Positions 1 through 12,590 of a stretch of DNA of 64,000 nt are shown here, piece by piece. Position 1 is the stretch's first letter. Each line of letters starts with the position of its first letter. Below the pieces are notes generated by a model. That model saw only the letters and a list, made by a program, of their open reading frames with translations. It was not told the DNA's origin and ran no database searches. The translations under genes were made by a program, and so were the position numbers. The stretch lies in the NCBI RefSeq assembly GCF_009914755.1, contig NC_060937.1. One strand, given 5' to 3'. The stretch is from the human T2T-CHM13v2.0 reference genome, Homo sapiens.

Positions 1-150
1 TTTTAAGTAGGGCATTTAGACCAATTACATTGAAGGTTAATATTGATATGTGGGATGTTTATCCTGTCATTGTTTTGTAGACTCAATTGTGCAGTTGCTT
101 GATAGAGTCATTGGACGATGTACTTAAGTGTGTTTTTATGTTAGTAGTAC
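1..150 (-). mobile_element. L1 fragment in inverted orientation, covering the ORF1-end to ORF2-start region. It is probably the 5' inverted segment of the adjacent L1 (a twin-priming type structure). The element runs off the window start.
   Basis: The reverse complement reads as the L1 ORF2 N-terminus (similar to ...SHITILTLNINGLNSPIK...) and the inter-ORF spacer. It is near-identical in sequence to the same region of the minus-strand L1 at about 22140-22260 in this window. Confidence 0.6.
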
Positions 151-3100
151 TCTATCTAACAAACACAGAATATACATTCTTCTCATCTGCATATAGAACA
201 TATTATAAGATTGACCACATGCTTGTCCATAAAGCAACTCTTAATAAATTTAAAAAATAGAAATTAGACTATACTCTCAGACCACAGGGCAATAAATTCA
301 ACACCAAGAATATCTCTCAAAACCACACAATTATATGAAAATTAAACAACTTGCTCCTGAATGACTTTTGGGTAAACAATAAAATTAGAGCAGAAATAAA
401 AAATTCTTTCAAATTAATGAAAACAGGACAGAACATGCCAAAATATCTGGGATACAGCAAAAGCAGTATCAAGAGGAAAGTTTATAGTGCTAAATGCCTA
501 CACCAAGGGGATAGAAAAAAATCACAAATTAATAGACTAACATTGCACCAAAGGAACTAGATAGACAAGAACAAATTAACCCCAAAGCTAGTAGAAGAAA
601 ATAAATAAAATCAGAGCACAACTGAATGAAATTGAGATGCAAAAATTTGTACAAAAGATCAACAAAACCCAAAGTTTGTTCACAGAAAATACAAACAGAA
701 TTGATAGTCTGCTAGCTATATTAACAAAGTAACAAAAGGGAAAACCAAAAGAAGCACAATCAGAAATGACAAAGATGACATTACTACTGATTCCACAGAA
801 ATATAAAGATCTTCAGACTATTATTAACACCTTTATGCACACAAACTAGGAATTCTAGAGGAAACTGATAAATTCCTGGAAACACAAACCTCCCAAGAAT
901 GAATCAGGAAGAAACTGAAACCTGAACTGACCAATCTTGAGTTGCAAAATTGAAGCAGGAATAAAAACCAACTAAGCAAAAAAAGTCCAGGATTAGATAG
1001 ATTTACAGCTGAATTCTACCAGATGTACAAAGAACAGCTGATACCAATTCTACTGATACTATTCCAAAAAATAGAGAAACTCCTCCTTAACTCATCTATG
1101 AAGTCAGCATCATCCTGATATCAAAACCTAGCAAAGACACAACAAAAAAAGAAAACTACAGGCCAATATCCCTGATGAACTTATACACAAAGATTCTCAA
1201 CAAAATATTAATACTAGTGAACTTAATCTAGCAGCACATCCAAAAGTTAATTCACCATAAAAATGTAGGTTTGATTCCTGGAATCAAGTTTGTTTCAACA
1301 TATGCAAATCAATAAATGTGATTTACCACATAAACATTAAAAACAACACCTATAGGATCATCTCAATGGATGTAGAAAAAGCTTTTGATAAAATTCAACA
1401 TCCCTTCATGTTAAAAACCCTCAACAAAGTAGGCATCAAAGAAACATACCTCAAAATAATAAGGGCCATCTGTGACAAACCCACAGCCAACATTATATGG
1501 AATGGGCAAAAGCTGGAAGCAGTCCCCTTGAGAACTACAACAAAATAGGATTCCTGTTCTCACCATTCCCATTCAGTGTCATACTAGAAGTCCTAGCCAG
1601 GGCAATCAGGCAAGAGAAAGAAATATAAGGCATCCAAGTAGAAAAAGAAGAAGTCAAACTATTTCTCTTTATTGATGATATAATTCTATACCTAAAACCC
1701 TAAAGACCTCACCAAAAGGCTTCTAGAAGTGATACACAACTTCATTAAATTTCACAATAGAAAATCAATGAAAATCAAAAATGAAAATCAGTAGCATTTC
1801 TATACATCAGTAATGTATGACCTGAGAGCCCAATCAGGAACACAATCTCCTTTACAATAGCCACAAAAGAAGTAATGTCTAGGAATACATCTAACCAAGG
1901 AGGTGAAAGATCTCTATAAGGAGAACTACAAAACACTGCTGAAAGAAATCATAGATGACAAACAAATAAAAAATTCCATGCCCATGGATTGGAAGAATTA
2001 AAATTGTTAAAATGGCCATACTGCCAAAGCAACTTACAAATTCTGTTCTATCAAACTACCAATGCTATTTTTCACAGAATTAGAAAAGACTTTTCTAAAA
2101 TTCATATGGAACCAAAAAAGAGCCCAAAGATCCAAAACAAACGTAAGTAAAAGGAGCCAAACTAGAGGCCTTTCATTACCCAACTTCAAACTATACTGTA
2201 AGGCTACAGTAACCAAAATAACATGCTACTGTTACAAAAACAGACACATAGACCAATGGAACAGAACAGAGAACCCAGGAATAAAGCCCCACACTTTCGA
2301 TCATCTAATCTTCAACAAAGTGGACAAAAACAAGCAATAGGGGAAGGACATCCTATTCAATAAATGGTGCTGGGATAGCTGGCTAGCCATACACAGAAGA
2401 AAGAAACTGGACCCTACCTTTTACCATTTGTACAACAATTAACTGAAGATGAATTAAAGGTTTAAATGTGAGACCTCAAACTAACAGAATGCTAGAAGAA
2501 AACTTAGGAAACACTATTCTGGACATCAGCCTTGGGAAAGCTAAGGTTAAGTCCTCAAAAGGAATTGCAATAAAAATAAAAATTGATAAGTAGATCTAAT
2601 TAAACTAAAGAGCTTCTGCATAGCAATAGAAACTTTCAGCAGAGTAAATGTACAGAATGGGAAAAATATTCACAAACTATGCATCCAACAAAGGTCACAT
2701 ATCCAGAATCTGTAAAGAATTTAAGTAACTGAACAAGCAAAAAACAAATAACCTCATTCAAAAATAGTCAGAATACATGAACAGATACTTCTGAAAATAA
2801 TACATACAAGTGGCATAGAAACATATGAAAAAATGCTCATCGTCACTGATCATCAGAGAAATGTAAATTAGAAGCACAATGAGATACAATCTCACACCAG
2901 TCAGAATCACTATTACAAAAAAGTAAAAACATAACAGATGTTGGTGAGGTTGTGGAGAAAAAGGAACAACTTATACGCTGTTGGTGGGAATGTAAATTAG
3001 TTTAACTACTCAACTACTGTGGATATCAGTTTGCAGATTTCTCAAAGAACTGAGAACTACCAGTCAATCTGGCAACCCCATTACTAAGTATATATCCAAA

Positions 3101-3634
3101 AGAAAACCAATTATTCTACCAAAAAGTCATACATGCACTCACATGTTCATCACAATACTACTCACAATAGCAATGACATGGAATCAACCTAGGTGCCCAT
3201 CAACAGCGAATTGGATAAAGAAAATGTGGTACGTATACTTCATGGAATACTACACAGCCATAAAAAGAACAAAATTATGTTCTTTGCAGCAACATGGATG
3301 CAGCTGGAGGCCATTATCCTAAGCAAATTCACACAGGAACAGAAAACCAAATACCGCATATTCTCACTTGTACGTGGGAGCTAAACATCAGGTATTCATG
3401 GTCACAAAGATGGAAACAAAAGACATTGTGGGCTACTAGTGGGGAAAGGGAGGGTGGTGGTGAGGGTTGAAATTCTAACTGTTGGGTAGTATGGTTGGTA
3501 TTTGGGTGGTGGGTGTATTCATACCACAAACCTTAGCATCATGTCATTTACCCAAGTAAAAACTTGCACATGTACCCTCTGAATCTAAAATAAAAGTTGA
3601 AAAATAAAGAGCAAATAAAACTGGGCCAGGGCAG
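151..3634 (+). mobile_element. 5'-truncated L1 (older primate L1PA/L1PB type). It covers ORF2 from about residue 160 through the 3' UTR and A-rich tail. ORF2 is broken by many stops.
   Basis: The ORF-track fragments at 351-560, 1318-1548 (reverse-transcriptase motif region with [15 protein letters not shown]), 2062-2340 and 3193-3384 all match L1 ORF2. The 3' end at about 3540-3600 matches the L1 3' UTR and is followed by an A-rich tail. Confidence 0.85.
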
Positions 3635-3646
3635 CAATTCAAAGCA

Positions 3647-3647
3647 T

Positions 3648-3692
<45 letters not shown>

Positions 3693-3697
3693 ATAGA
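3647..3697. repeat. (GATA)n / (TAGA)n microsatellite of about 12 units.
   Basis: Direct read of gatagatagata... immediately 3' of the L1 tail. Confidence 0.95.
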
Positions 3698-3719
3698 TTA
3701 AAATAAATCTAAACTACAA

Positions 3720-4140
3720 ACTTGTCTTTTCACTATCTTGATAATGTTCTTTTATGGATTCTAGTTTTTAATTTTGATGAAGTCCAATTTATGTATTTTT
3801 CCTCTTGTTTCTCATGCTTTCAGTGCTATATCTAGGACTCCATTGTCAAATCAAAGGTCATGGAGATTTATTTCTATGTTTTCTTTTAAGAGTTTTAACA
3901 TTTATGTTAAGGTTTTTAATTCATTTTGAGTTAATTGTTGTATATACTGTCATGTAAGAACATCACCTCACTCCTTTGCATGTGGCTATCATTATCCCAG
4001 CACCATTTGTTAAAAAGAGCGTTTTTTCTCCATTGAATTTTCCTGGCAATGCTGTGAAAAGTCAATTACCCATAGATGCTTAAATTAATTTCTGGACTCT
4101 CCATTCTCTTCCGTTAGTCTATGTGTAAAGTTACAGATCT
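3720..4140 (-). mobile_element. Old L1 (L1M/L1PB-like) ORF2 3'-region fragment, antisense.
   Basis: The string cccagcaccatttgttaaaaagagcgttttttctccattgaattttcctggcaatgctgtgaaaagtcaattacc matches the antisense L1 ORF2 region. Compare 19420-19480 of the full-length L1 in this window. Confidence 0.6.
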
Positions 4141-4679
4141 ACCCTTGACCCGGAATGCCTATCAGAAGCTGATCAAGTGCACACGTTCTGTTCTTATGAT
4201 AATTACAACTGGGACTGGACTCTATAATATTTGACTGTATAGTGTCTTCCAAAATTCTTTCTTATAATGTTTCACCTTGTTAATAAACTCCTGAGCCTAA
4301 GAATGGAAAGAAACATGTTTTATACTCACAGTTTCTTAATTTCGAAAACTATCCTGCATGGACTGATCACTCAATTTAGGAAGCTGGCGTAAGGAGCATT
4401 TATTAGCATTCTGAACAGGGACCTCTGATCTAAGACTCTAAGTACTACAGTCATTTAGTAGTGAAATTCCATTCTGTGATTGGTTCTTAGAGAACTAGTT
4501 TTACAAAAGCCCAAAGATACAAGAAAGTTCACAGAAAACTGTTTGTAATACTTAGAAATTGGAACCAATAAAAAAAGGTAATCAGTTGGGGATAGATCAT
4601 TATAAAGCCTCCATATGAATGAATTATTCATGATTATTTAAAATTGAAATATGTCTGCAGTTACAGAATAAGTTGCATA

Positions 4680-4760
4680 GTATGATCCAATATGTATATA
4701 AACAACATCATATATGTATGTGTGTGTGTATATATATATGTATATGGGTGTATGTGTATA
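4680..4760. repeat. Compound (TA)n/(TG)n/(TATG)n low-complexity tract.
   Basis: Direct read. Confidence 0.8.
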
Positions 4761-4821
4761 TATTTCACCTTGTAATATTTTACCTTGTTAATAAAACCCT
4801 GGACCAAAAAATGTAAGTTAA

Positions 4822-4825
<4 letters not shown>

Positions 4826-4852
<27 letters not shown>
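4826..4852. repeat. (GT)n microsatellite.
   Basis: Direct read. Confidence 0.95.
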
Positions 4853-5294
4853 CTCATAACCAAATTTCTGCAGGAATAAAGGGAACGTTTCTATATGATG
4901 ACTTTGCCTTTTTAAAAAAAAAACAGAAAGCACATATATTTAAATTGTTTAAGGGGAGGTCCATGCTCTTGACCTTTAAACTAAATTGCCTTAAAACCTC
5001 CCGAAGAATTTTCTGTGTTGTCTGAGAACAGAGCTACAAAGAGCCATAACACTTTCCAAAGTTAGAGACAAAATATTCCTTTTAAGCTTGAGGGGCAAGC
5101 CCCTGGGCTCCTAAGCAGGCTGCCTGTGACCCTGGATATGAATTTCAGGCCAGCTCCTTCTGCCTTTTGGGGTCTGGTCAGCCTACCTGGATTTTATGTT
5201 CTTCAGAAAATCTTTGACCTTTTCCAGGGAAAACTTCACTATATCACTATTTGCAGGTAAAACTTTGCTTATATTTTAGAACCTCTAGAAAGAA

Positions 5295-5370
5295 TGCAAC
5301 TCTGTATATACTTTGATGTTATTTTATTAAAGTCAATTTCAGAATTCTGACCTCCAGAACTCCAAGAGAA
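5295..5370. mobile_element. Short fragment of an interspersed repeat (MER/DNA-transposon-like terminal sequence). It is the same family as the copy at 6300-6620.
   Basis: The motif ttgat(g)ttattttattaaagtcaatttcagaattctga(c/t)ctccagaactc(c/t)aaga is shared with 6478-6550. It resembles a common primate repeat terminus (...ttgattttggactctagcctccagaactgtgagataataaatttgtgttgttttaagccact...). Confidence 0.4.
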
Positions 5371-6299
5371 TCCACATTTCCTCATGGATTTGCTACTCAG
5401 TTTGTCCAAGAACTTATTGAGGTGCACCTCCTGGACCTGGCAGTCACTCCCAAAACAAGAGGAAGCAGCCATGAACCACCAGAGCTCAGAGAACTTGAGT
5501 GACATACACAGATTCTCCTACTGGAACTGAGGTCCAGATGCCCAGGCAGGCCCAGAACTCATTTTTCTACAGATGAGGGCATCAAATCTGCAGTGCGCTC
5601 ACGCTGTCTGCTCCAGACCTTCAGGCTCTTCTGTCTGGAATGTTCCTCCCTGCTCACTTTGCACACCCAGGACCCAGCTCAGATGGGACTCCTCAGGGAC
5701 ACCTACCCACCTGGCCAGTCACACCTTCCTGTGGCACCCGCTCCTTGCTGTCTCCTCACCAATCATACTCAAAGCAGATGCTATGGATTGTGTTTATTTA
5801 CCAGCTACAGGAGCATTAACATTTTATAATTAATATTTAATCAAGTTTAGTAAGCTGTATTTTTGAGGATATATGCAGATAGTTTAAAATTTCAAATAAA
5901 GTGTTACAAAGTTGCTTACTGGCATAAGCTCCAGCAATTTAATATGTTCATCCTTTTATTTCTAATATTGTCTATTTTCCTGATAAATCTTGACAGATGA
6001 TTAACCATTTTTATTAGTGTACTTAAAGAAATGTTGATCTTTATTGAACTTTGCTGGATTTCTGTTACAATTTTTTTATCCATGATTTTTTACTAGAAAT
6101 TCATATCTACTAAAGTGTTTGGATTTATTCTGAAGACTTTTTCTAATATTTCTCAGATTAGAAACTCAATTCACTAATTTACAGTCTTTCTTACCTTCTA
6201 ATATATCATTTATAAGTCTAATATTTCCTTAAATACTGCTTGTGGTAGGCAGAATAACAGCATCCAAAATATGTCCATATAGTAATAGATACTGATGCA

Positions 6300-6620
6300 A
6301 TGTAATCACAATGGGCTAAAAGTGGAAGACAGAAGCAGAGATTCAGAGAGATTTGAAGATGCAATATTGCTGGCTTTGAAGATGAAGGAGAGGACACAAG
6401 CCAAGGAATGCCGGTGGCCTCTAGAAACTGGAGCAGTCAAGGAAAAGAATGATCTTTTAGAACATCTACAAAGAATGCCACTCTGTAGATACCTTGATTT
6501 TATTTTATTAAAGCCAATTTCAGAATTCTGATCTCCAAAACTCTAAGATACTATATTTGTGTTGTTTAAGTCACTGGTTATGGTCCTTTATTACAGCACC
6601 GATAGGAAACTAATGCACTG
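6300..6620. mobile_element. Interspersed repeat copy of a MER-type element, family not firmly assigned.
   Basis: The strings gctggctttgaagatgaaggagaggacacaagccaaggaatgccggtggcctctagaaactgga...ccttgattttattttattaaagccaatttcagaattctgatctccaaaactctaagatactatatttgtgttgtttaagtcactggttatggt match a widely dispersed human repeat consensus as I remember it. Confidence 0.5.
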
Positions 6621-8331
6621 CATTTGTTGTATCCACAAATTTATAGTTTTACCAAGTATAACCTTTAAATATTTTAGAATATTCATTTTAATGTCTTCTT
6701 TCATCATCGGTTTTTAGAAGTTTATTTTTTCTGTGTGATTTTATGTCCAAATGAAGGCTATTTTTGTGACAATTAGATTAAGGTTAAATAATGTGGTCTG
6801 TGTGATGACAATCCTATGACACATGCAGCTTAGGATTTCATCATTTATTCTAGATTTAATGCATGGTCTACTGGACATATATAAAATATTAGACTTTAAA
6901 ATAGGAAGGTTGAAATATTACATAAACTAAAAGGGCATCAAGTTTTTATTTTTTGCTACTTATATTTTACATACCTTTGTTGATCTTTTTTTCAAAATGT
7001 CTTTGCTCAAACAATTACTGAGAGAGTGTTAGACTCTTTTCATACAATTGAATTGTGCCTTTTGTAAAAAGAATTCTTCTGAGTTTTCTTGTAATGTACA
7101 ACATGTAAAATACATATAGCCTCTTTCACCTGAAAAGCAGTGTAGTATGGAAGGGCATAGGGACAAAAACACACAAACAAAAACTTTCACCGATATCATT
7201 GGAACCACAGCAAAAACAAATACAAAGCACCTACCGTATGCAGGAAACCTGCTGGGCCCTGGGGTACCTGCTCCGGCTAATTTCCATGACAACCCGAAAG
7301 ACCAGGACACAGATGAGGAGACTGAAGGTCAAAGAGGTGAGATCCTGTGGCAGGTGGCAGAACTAGGGCTGAACAAGGTTTGCTTGCTCCAAAGCCCAGG
7401 TTGTGGGGTGGAGAGCAAGGGCCACGGAAGGCCTGTGCCCTCCTCAGAGAAGAGTCCCGCTGCTACCTGCCCTCTGCAGCCCACCTGGGTTGGCATCGTA
7501 GAAGCAGCCTCTCCCCAGCCGCAGCAAGGCCAGCAGGGCCAGCACGGGGCCATCTGAGTCCTCAGGAGAGGGCTACCAGCAGGGACTTGTGGGCCTCATA
7601 CAGGTGGCCACCAGGGTGTTGGCCACCAGAAGGTGCGATACGTCCTCCACATCCAACTCATTGGCAGTGTGGCCAGCTGGTGCATGCCGTGGGGCTTCCC
7701 TGTGGGGAGAGTGCCTCAGGATGGGCTGGCCCCTTCCCCACACCGCCTCACCTACCCAGCTGATTGGGCCACAGGTAAATCCTGTCCCTATGCACCTGGC
7801 CTGGGTAGCTTCCTTCCCACAGGACTGCAGAGACCTGTGTCCCTTTGGAGGGACCCCCACGCCATGCCATCCCCAGAACCCACAGCTGCACTTCCCGGTG
7901 TGCAGCCATCGACCCTACCTTCCCCTCAATCTCTCCGTCGCCCTGTGGGGGAGGCACTTTACAGATGACAGATTTGAGGTTACATAGATGGTCAGCAGCA
8001 GGGCTGACCCTGAGCAGATCCTGCATCAGTTTCCTTTTCCACAAAAATTTGGATTAGCAATATGGCCTTGCTGGTCTCTGGACCCATGGGTGTGTCTGTA
8101 GGCAGAACAAGGTAACACAGGGGCTACAAGTGGCATGTGTCTGTGTCCACGTGGGAATGTTGGGAATGCTCATGAATTCTCACTGGGAAAAGGAGACAGA
8201 GCCTCAATTTTAACAATTTCCAGATACAAATATAATGGCCTCAAATCACATAAAAGAAAGAAGAAAGTTCTTCCTCACCAGCAAACCAAAGCCATACAAA
8301 TTAAGCACCTGGGAGGCAGAGGAAGAATGTG

Positions 8332-8334
<3 letters not shown>

Positions 8335-8396
<62 letters not shown>
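8335..8396. repeat. (GT)n microsatellite of about 30 units.
   Basis: Direct read. Confidence 0.95.
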
Positions 8397-8399
<3 letters not shown>

Positions 8400-10499
8400 G
8401 TGGGGTGGGGGCTGACATCAATGATGACCCCAAGACATCCCCAGTCTCAGTGGTTTTAACATTGCTAAAACTCCTTCCTGTCATCTTCCAGCAGTCAGAG
8501 GACTTACTCATCGAAACAGCTGAGGTTGGCAAAAGAATTTGCACCCATTAGGTTGGCAAAGAATTTGCAAAGTGAGCATCAGGGCTGGGTGGAGGATGAG
8601 AGGTGACCAGATGGTTAGGGGGACAGCTCCTAAAGTCAAGGATCCTACAGGTGGCAGTGCTCCCTGATCCAGGAGCTCTATATCTGTCTCCATCTTAAGG
8701 AGAAAACATCGTGGAGACAGGATGTCACTCATGATGTGTTACAACCAAGAGCAAAAATCTAGGACTCTCCAAAGGAATAACAGCATGTGCACAGGACGGG
8801 CCATGGAGCTGCCAGGAAATATAATTAGCAACAAAAGGGATTTTCATGATCTGTTGAGTATAAAAGGATATAAATGGCATCCACAGCACAAACTCAATTT
8901 TCTGAGATATATTTTATATGCACACACAAAAAGACCAGAAGGAAATGTGAGCAGTGGGAGAATGGGTAAGTTTCATTGTTCCTTTCCATTTCTGAGTTTC
9001 TAATTTTCTGTGGAGAAAAAGCCCATGATACATCATGGTATTTGAGAGGGAGGATCCTAAAATCTAAGCCCTGGAGCTAAATCTGCCGTCGATGCTGGGG
9101 GAAATCACTCCACCACTCTGCCTCAGTTTGCTCACCCATAAAATAGAAAGAAACACATCTTTCCCTACCTCAAAGGAGACCAGAATGCAACAGCAGCCCC
9201 CATGCATGCCCTCTGGCTGGTTTATGCTCTTCCTGCGCAGTAGGGCTGTCTATGTCCACAGCCTTATGCCCTGTGCCCTCTAAAACCCTGAGTCAGGTCT
9301 GAGCTGGAGCATCCTGCAGCCCTCCTCCTGCAGCAGCCCCAGCTGGTTTCCAGGCACATAGGCCTTGGGGCCTGCACTTCCTCCTCCGGCAACAGCCTCC
9401 ATGCAGTGACACAGTCCAGTGTGCCCAGAACACAGTCCGGCCAGCACCTGCAGCAGCCCGAAGCTGCACAGTTACACACAGCTGTCTGGGTGTGGCGCCC
9501 CCTGTTCCACCACCTCTTGGAAGTCTTCCTGGATGCACCAGGAATTTCCTGCTGGCCAGCAACGTCCTCGGCCTTTGGGTGCACCTAGATGAAGTCCTGG
9601 AGGGTGCTGGCCACATCAGGAGGTAGGGGCATGGCAGCTGAATGCAGCCAGGTTGAAGGCAATGGGAGGCTGGAAGTGCTCAGGACAAGGTGCTGGTCCC
9701 CCCTTGGCAGAGGCAGGCCACGAGATCCTTGGCTGACATCATGCCGATGGTCCTGATAGACCCATGTCCAGTCCTCATGACACCTTGGGGACGGAGAGTG
9801 CGGTCAATGCACAGGGGTCAGCCAGTCCATACCCCCGTGGCCACCCATGCCCAGCCTCAAGCCACCTCCTGCTCTCCCCCAGTGAGACCCCAGGTTCAGT
9901 GTAGATCCCACTGCATGAAAACTGGAGGATCCAGTCGTTAAGGGGCATTTGTGGTGCTCCCTGAGTAGGTGGTCTCCATGGCCTGGGGTTGGGGTCTACC
10001 AGGCCCACTCCCAGCCCACTGTTTACCTCGTGGGCCTCAGCTTCCTCCTCTGCAGAATGGGACGCTGACCCTGCCCAGCTTAGTTCCCTCTAAGAACACC
10101 TGACCCCTGAGTGCCCACATGGGCAGGGTCTGGGTGGCCTGCGGGGTTAGGACCCAGCTATAGGACCCCTACCCCCACCCCTTACCCGTCCCAGCACTGG
10201 GCCAAGCAGGAAGGCAGAACTCCCCAACCCCAACCAGTCAATGCGGGAGCCTTCTCAGCTGGACCCAGGGCCACACCTCTGCCCACCGGCTCACACCTGG
10301 GCCATGCAAGGCGGGGTGGATGCACCTGCCTGGCCCTTGAGCGCGTGGGGGAGCCACCGTTGCCCACTTGGGAGGCTCAGTTCTGAGGTCGGGATTCCAG
10401 GCACTCCCTTCTCCCCCATTCCGAAACCTCCTGACTGGAAGAACTCTCTCGGCACAGCCTTTTCTTTCAGGGTCCCAAAGTGCCTGTGAGCAGGCAGCT

Positions 10500-12100
10500 C
10501 CTGATCTCCTCTGTGACACCCACAGACTCAAAGACACCCATATGCTCACTCATGCAGACAGGCGCTCTCGCCTGTGGCTCTGAGGCTGAGCCGGCTTTGC
10601 CTTGGTGAAGGACAAGGCCCTGGCGACCCAGATTCTCTCGTGGGTGGCTGGGGACAGAAGGGCGGTGGCGCGCTGGGCTGGCTGGAGGGCTCAGGCTCCG
10701 GCGCGAGTCCTGCAAGGATGCTGCCTCCAAGTGTGCTTGTGGGTGGCGGATCCCAGGGCCTGCCGGGAGAGTGTCCACTCCTCAGGAGGCCTGGCTGCTC
10801 AGCGGCGCCCCTCTGTGGCGAGACTCGCCCAGGCCCATGTCCGGCCCATCTCGCCCCAGCCAGGCTCCCCTGGGCAGCCTCAGGACAGAGAACCCTGAAT
10901 TCAGAGGGAGGCTGGAGGTGTGGGGCCTCTAGGCACTTGCAGGGTGGAGCTACCCCACACCCAGGGCTCACCCTCAGACCTACCCAGGCGTCTCCAGCCT
11001 CACGCTCCCAGAGGTAAGGAAGGGGCTTCAGGAAGGTGGGGGCTACCTCCCCGCCCAGTACCGTCAGGCTCTGAATTCGTACCTGGGAACTCTGCCTTGG
11101 CTGACTTGGGGACCCCTTCACTGCTCAGCCTTCCCCTCTCTTCCTGCCGGGCGGTCCACCTAAGCTCCCTGACTCTTCCCACGCGGCCCTGGGTCCCCTC
11201 CCCACAGGCTGTTCCCTGCACCCGCGGGTGGGACTGGACCTTTCCCTGCACGTCCAGTCTGTTTCCCGCGGTCTTCCTCCGTCTGACCCTGGCAGCCCGC
11301 TCCTCTGGCCCCGGGCTGTGTGGGGACCGCTTTCCCCCAGGCCCGTCGTCAGTGTCCTGAGCTCCGCCGACTCCCGCCCATTGGCGTCGCAGGCCTGGTG
11401 ACAAGCTGTCGCTGGCATCTAGGGCTCCTGGGACTCAGGCACATGGAGCTCCCTCGGGGCCAAATTTGTGTCACGCGCAGGGACACCGGAGGCGCGTGCA
11501 CAGTCCGTGTAACGGCTTTGCTTGGCGCGTCTCCGTTTCTCTTCTGAGGGGCTGAGAGTCGCGGAGTTTCCTAGTTGGAGGCTGTGGCGGACGCGATTTG
11601 CTTCCTCATATAGGGTTCCGGAGGCGGCGAAAAGTCCAGCGGGTCTCCGAAGCCGGTAGACGGAGCCATGAAGAAGACGTCGGGCTTCAGGAGGGGGAAG
11701 GGCGGGCTGCCCTGGGGCTCGGTCAGCAGCCCCGGGAAGGTGGGCGCGGGCGCCGGGAGTGAGAGTGCGGACCACGCCTCCTCCCAGCCCAGGCGCCACG
11801 ACCCGGACAAGGGGTTCGACAGGCTCCGCAGAGCTGCCGGCCGACACCGGACAGAGACGATGCGGCGGATCCTTTCTCTGCCGAAGAGTGGCGTGGATGA
11901 CAGAGACGAGAAGAACAGGTAATAGGAACTGGAGCCCGGCAGGGGAGGGAGGAGGGCGGGTCGGGGTGAGGCCCCCTTTCCTGCTCCCGGCTCACCCCTG
12001 TCCCCGAGGGCGCTGGGCTTTGTTCCCTCTGCAGCCCGCAGCAGCCGGTGTGGCAACCTCAAGGTCATCATTATGAGCAGCGCGACAAACAAAACTTTAG
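10500..12100. promoter_or_regulatory. CpG island and TATA-less promoter region for the plus-strand transcription unit. The CG-dense core is at about 11100-12100. An inverted CCAAT (attgg) lies at about 11381.
   Basis: Very high G+C with many CpG dinucleotides, and the first coding exon is embedded in it. GC-rich spurious ORFs occur on both strands, which is typical of CpG islands. Confidence 0.8.
11668..11918 (+). CDS. Exon 1 coding part (the 5' UTR probably starts at about 11550-11660). It encodes MKKTSGFRRGKGGLPWGSVSSPGKVGAGAGSESADHASSQPRRHDPDKGFDRLRRAAGRHRTETMRRILSLPKSGVDDRDEKN plus the first two bases of an Arg codon. It is followed by a GT donor (aacag|gtaatagg).
   Basis: ATG in good Kozak context (ggagccATGa) inside the CpG island. 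The ORF runs to a canonical donor, and the frame continues into the downstream exon. The protein is not recognised. Confidence 0.6.
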
Positions 12101-12414
12101 CTGGTCCGATCCTCTCATAATTCCCGTTACTTTACTGAAAGTTTTAGTGCTTTAACTAAAAAAAATTAAACATACCTAGCTTTTTTTTTATTGTACACAT
12201 TTTAAACAATGTTATATATGCTGTGGAAACAAGCATCATGAGAAAAATAATTTCTATATTATATTAACTTCTGGGCTAAAAATTCTTTGGATAAAAATCT
12301 AATATCCCTTTTGTATCCACCTACACCTGAGTAATAAGTTATTTCATGAATGACCTCAGAAGGATCCTTTGAAGTGAGAGCATGGTTCCCTGTTCTTGAA
12401 TAGGAAGACTAATC

Positions 12415-12420
12415 TTTCCT

Positions 12421-12489
<69 letters not shown>

Positions 12490-12590
12490 TTTCTTTCTTC
12501 CTTCCTTTCTTTCTTTCTTTCTCTCTTTTTCTTTTCTTTCCTTCCTTCCTTCCTTCCTTCATTCCTTCTTTCTTTCTTTTTTTTTTATTA
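12415..12590. repeat. Long (TTTC)n / (CTTT)n microsatellite with (TTCC)n variants, about 175 bp.
   Basis: Direct read. It abuts the poly-T (antisense poly-A) end of an L1 fragment. Confidence 0.95.

Noticed and set aside
5295-6550. Two copies of a 70-bp motif (ttattttattaaagccaatttcagaattctga.ctccaga) 1.1 kb apart, considered as a possible local inverted or direct duplication with a regulatory role.
   Set aside because: The motif belongs to a widely dispersed interspersed-repeat terminus (MER-type). Independent copies of the same repeat family explain it better than a local duplication.
8235-8551. ORFs containing CVCVCV / THTHTH runs. The same pattern occurs at 4661-5025, 32691-32900 and 53718-53953.
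   Set aside because: They are translations of (GT)n/(CA)n microsatellites.
7147-12092. Many overlapping 70-190 aa ORFs on both strands (e.g. 10546-11121 minus, 191 aa; 10574-11017 plus; 11571-12092 minus, 173 aa).
   Set aside because: They are Pro/Gly/Arg/Ser-rich, mutually overlapping in all frames, and confined to the GC-rich/CpG-island region where stop codons are rare. They have no splice-site or start-context support. Only the 11668 ORF is backed by downstream in-frame splicing.
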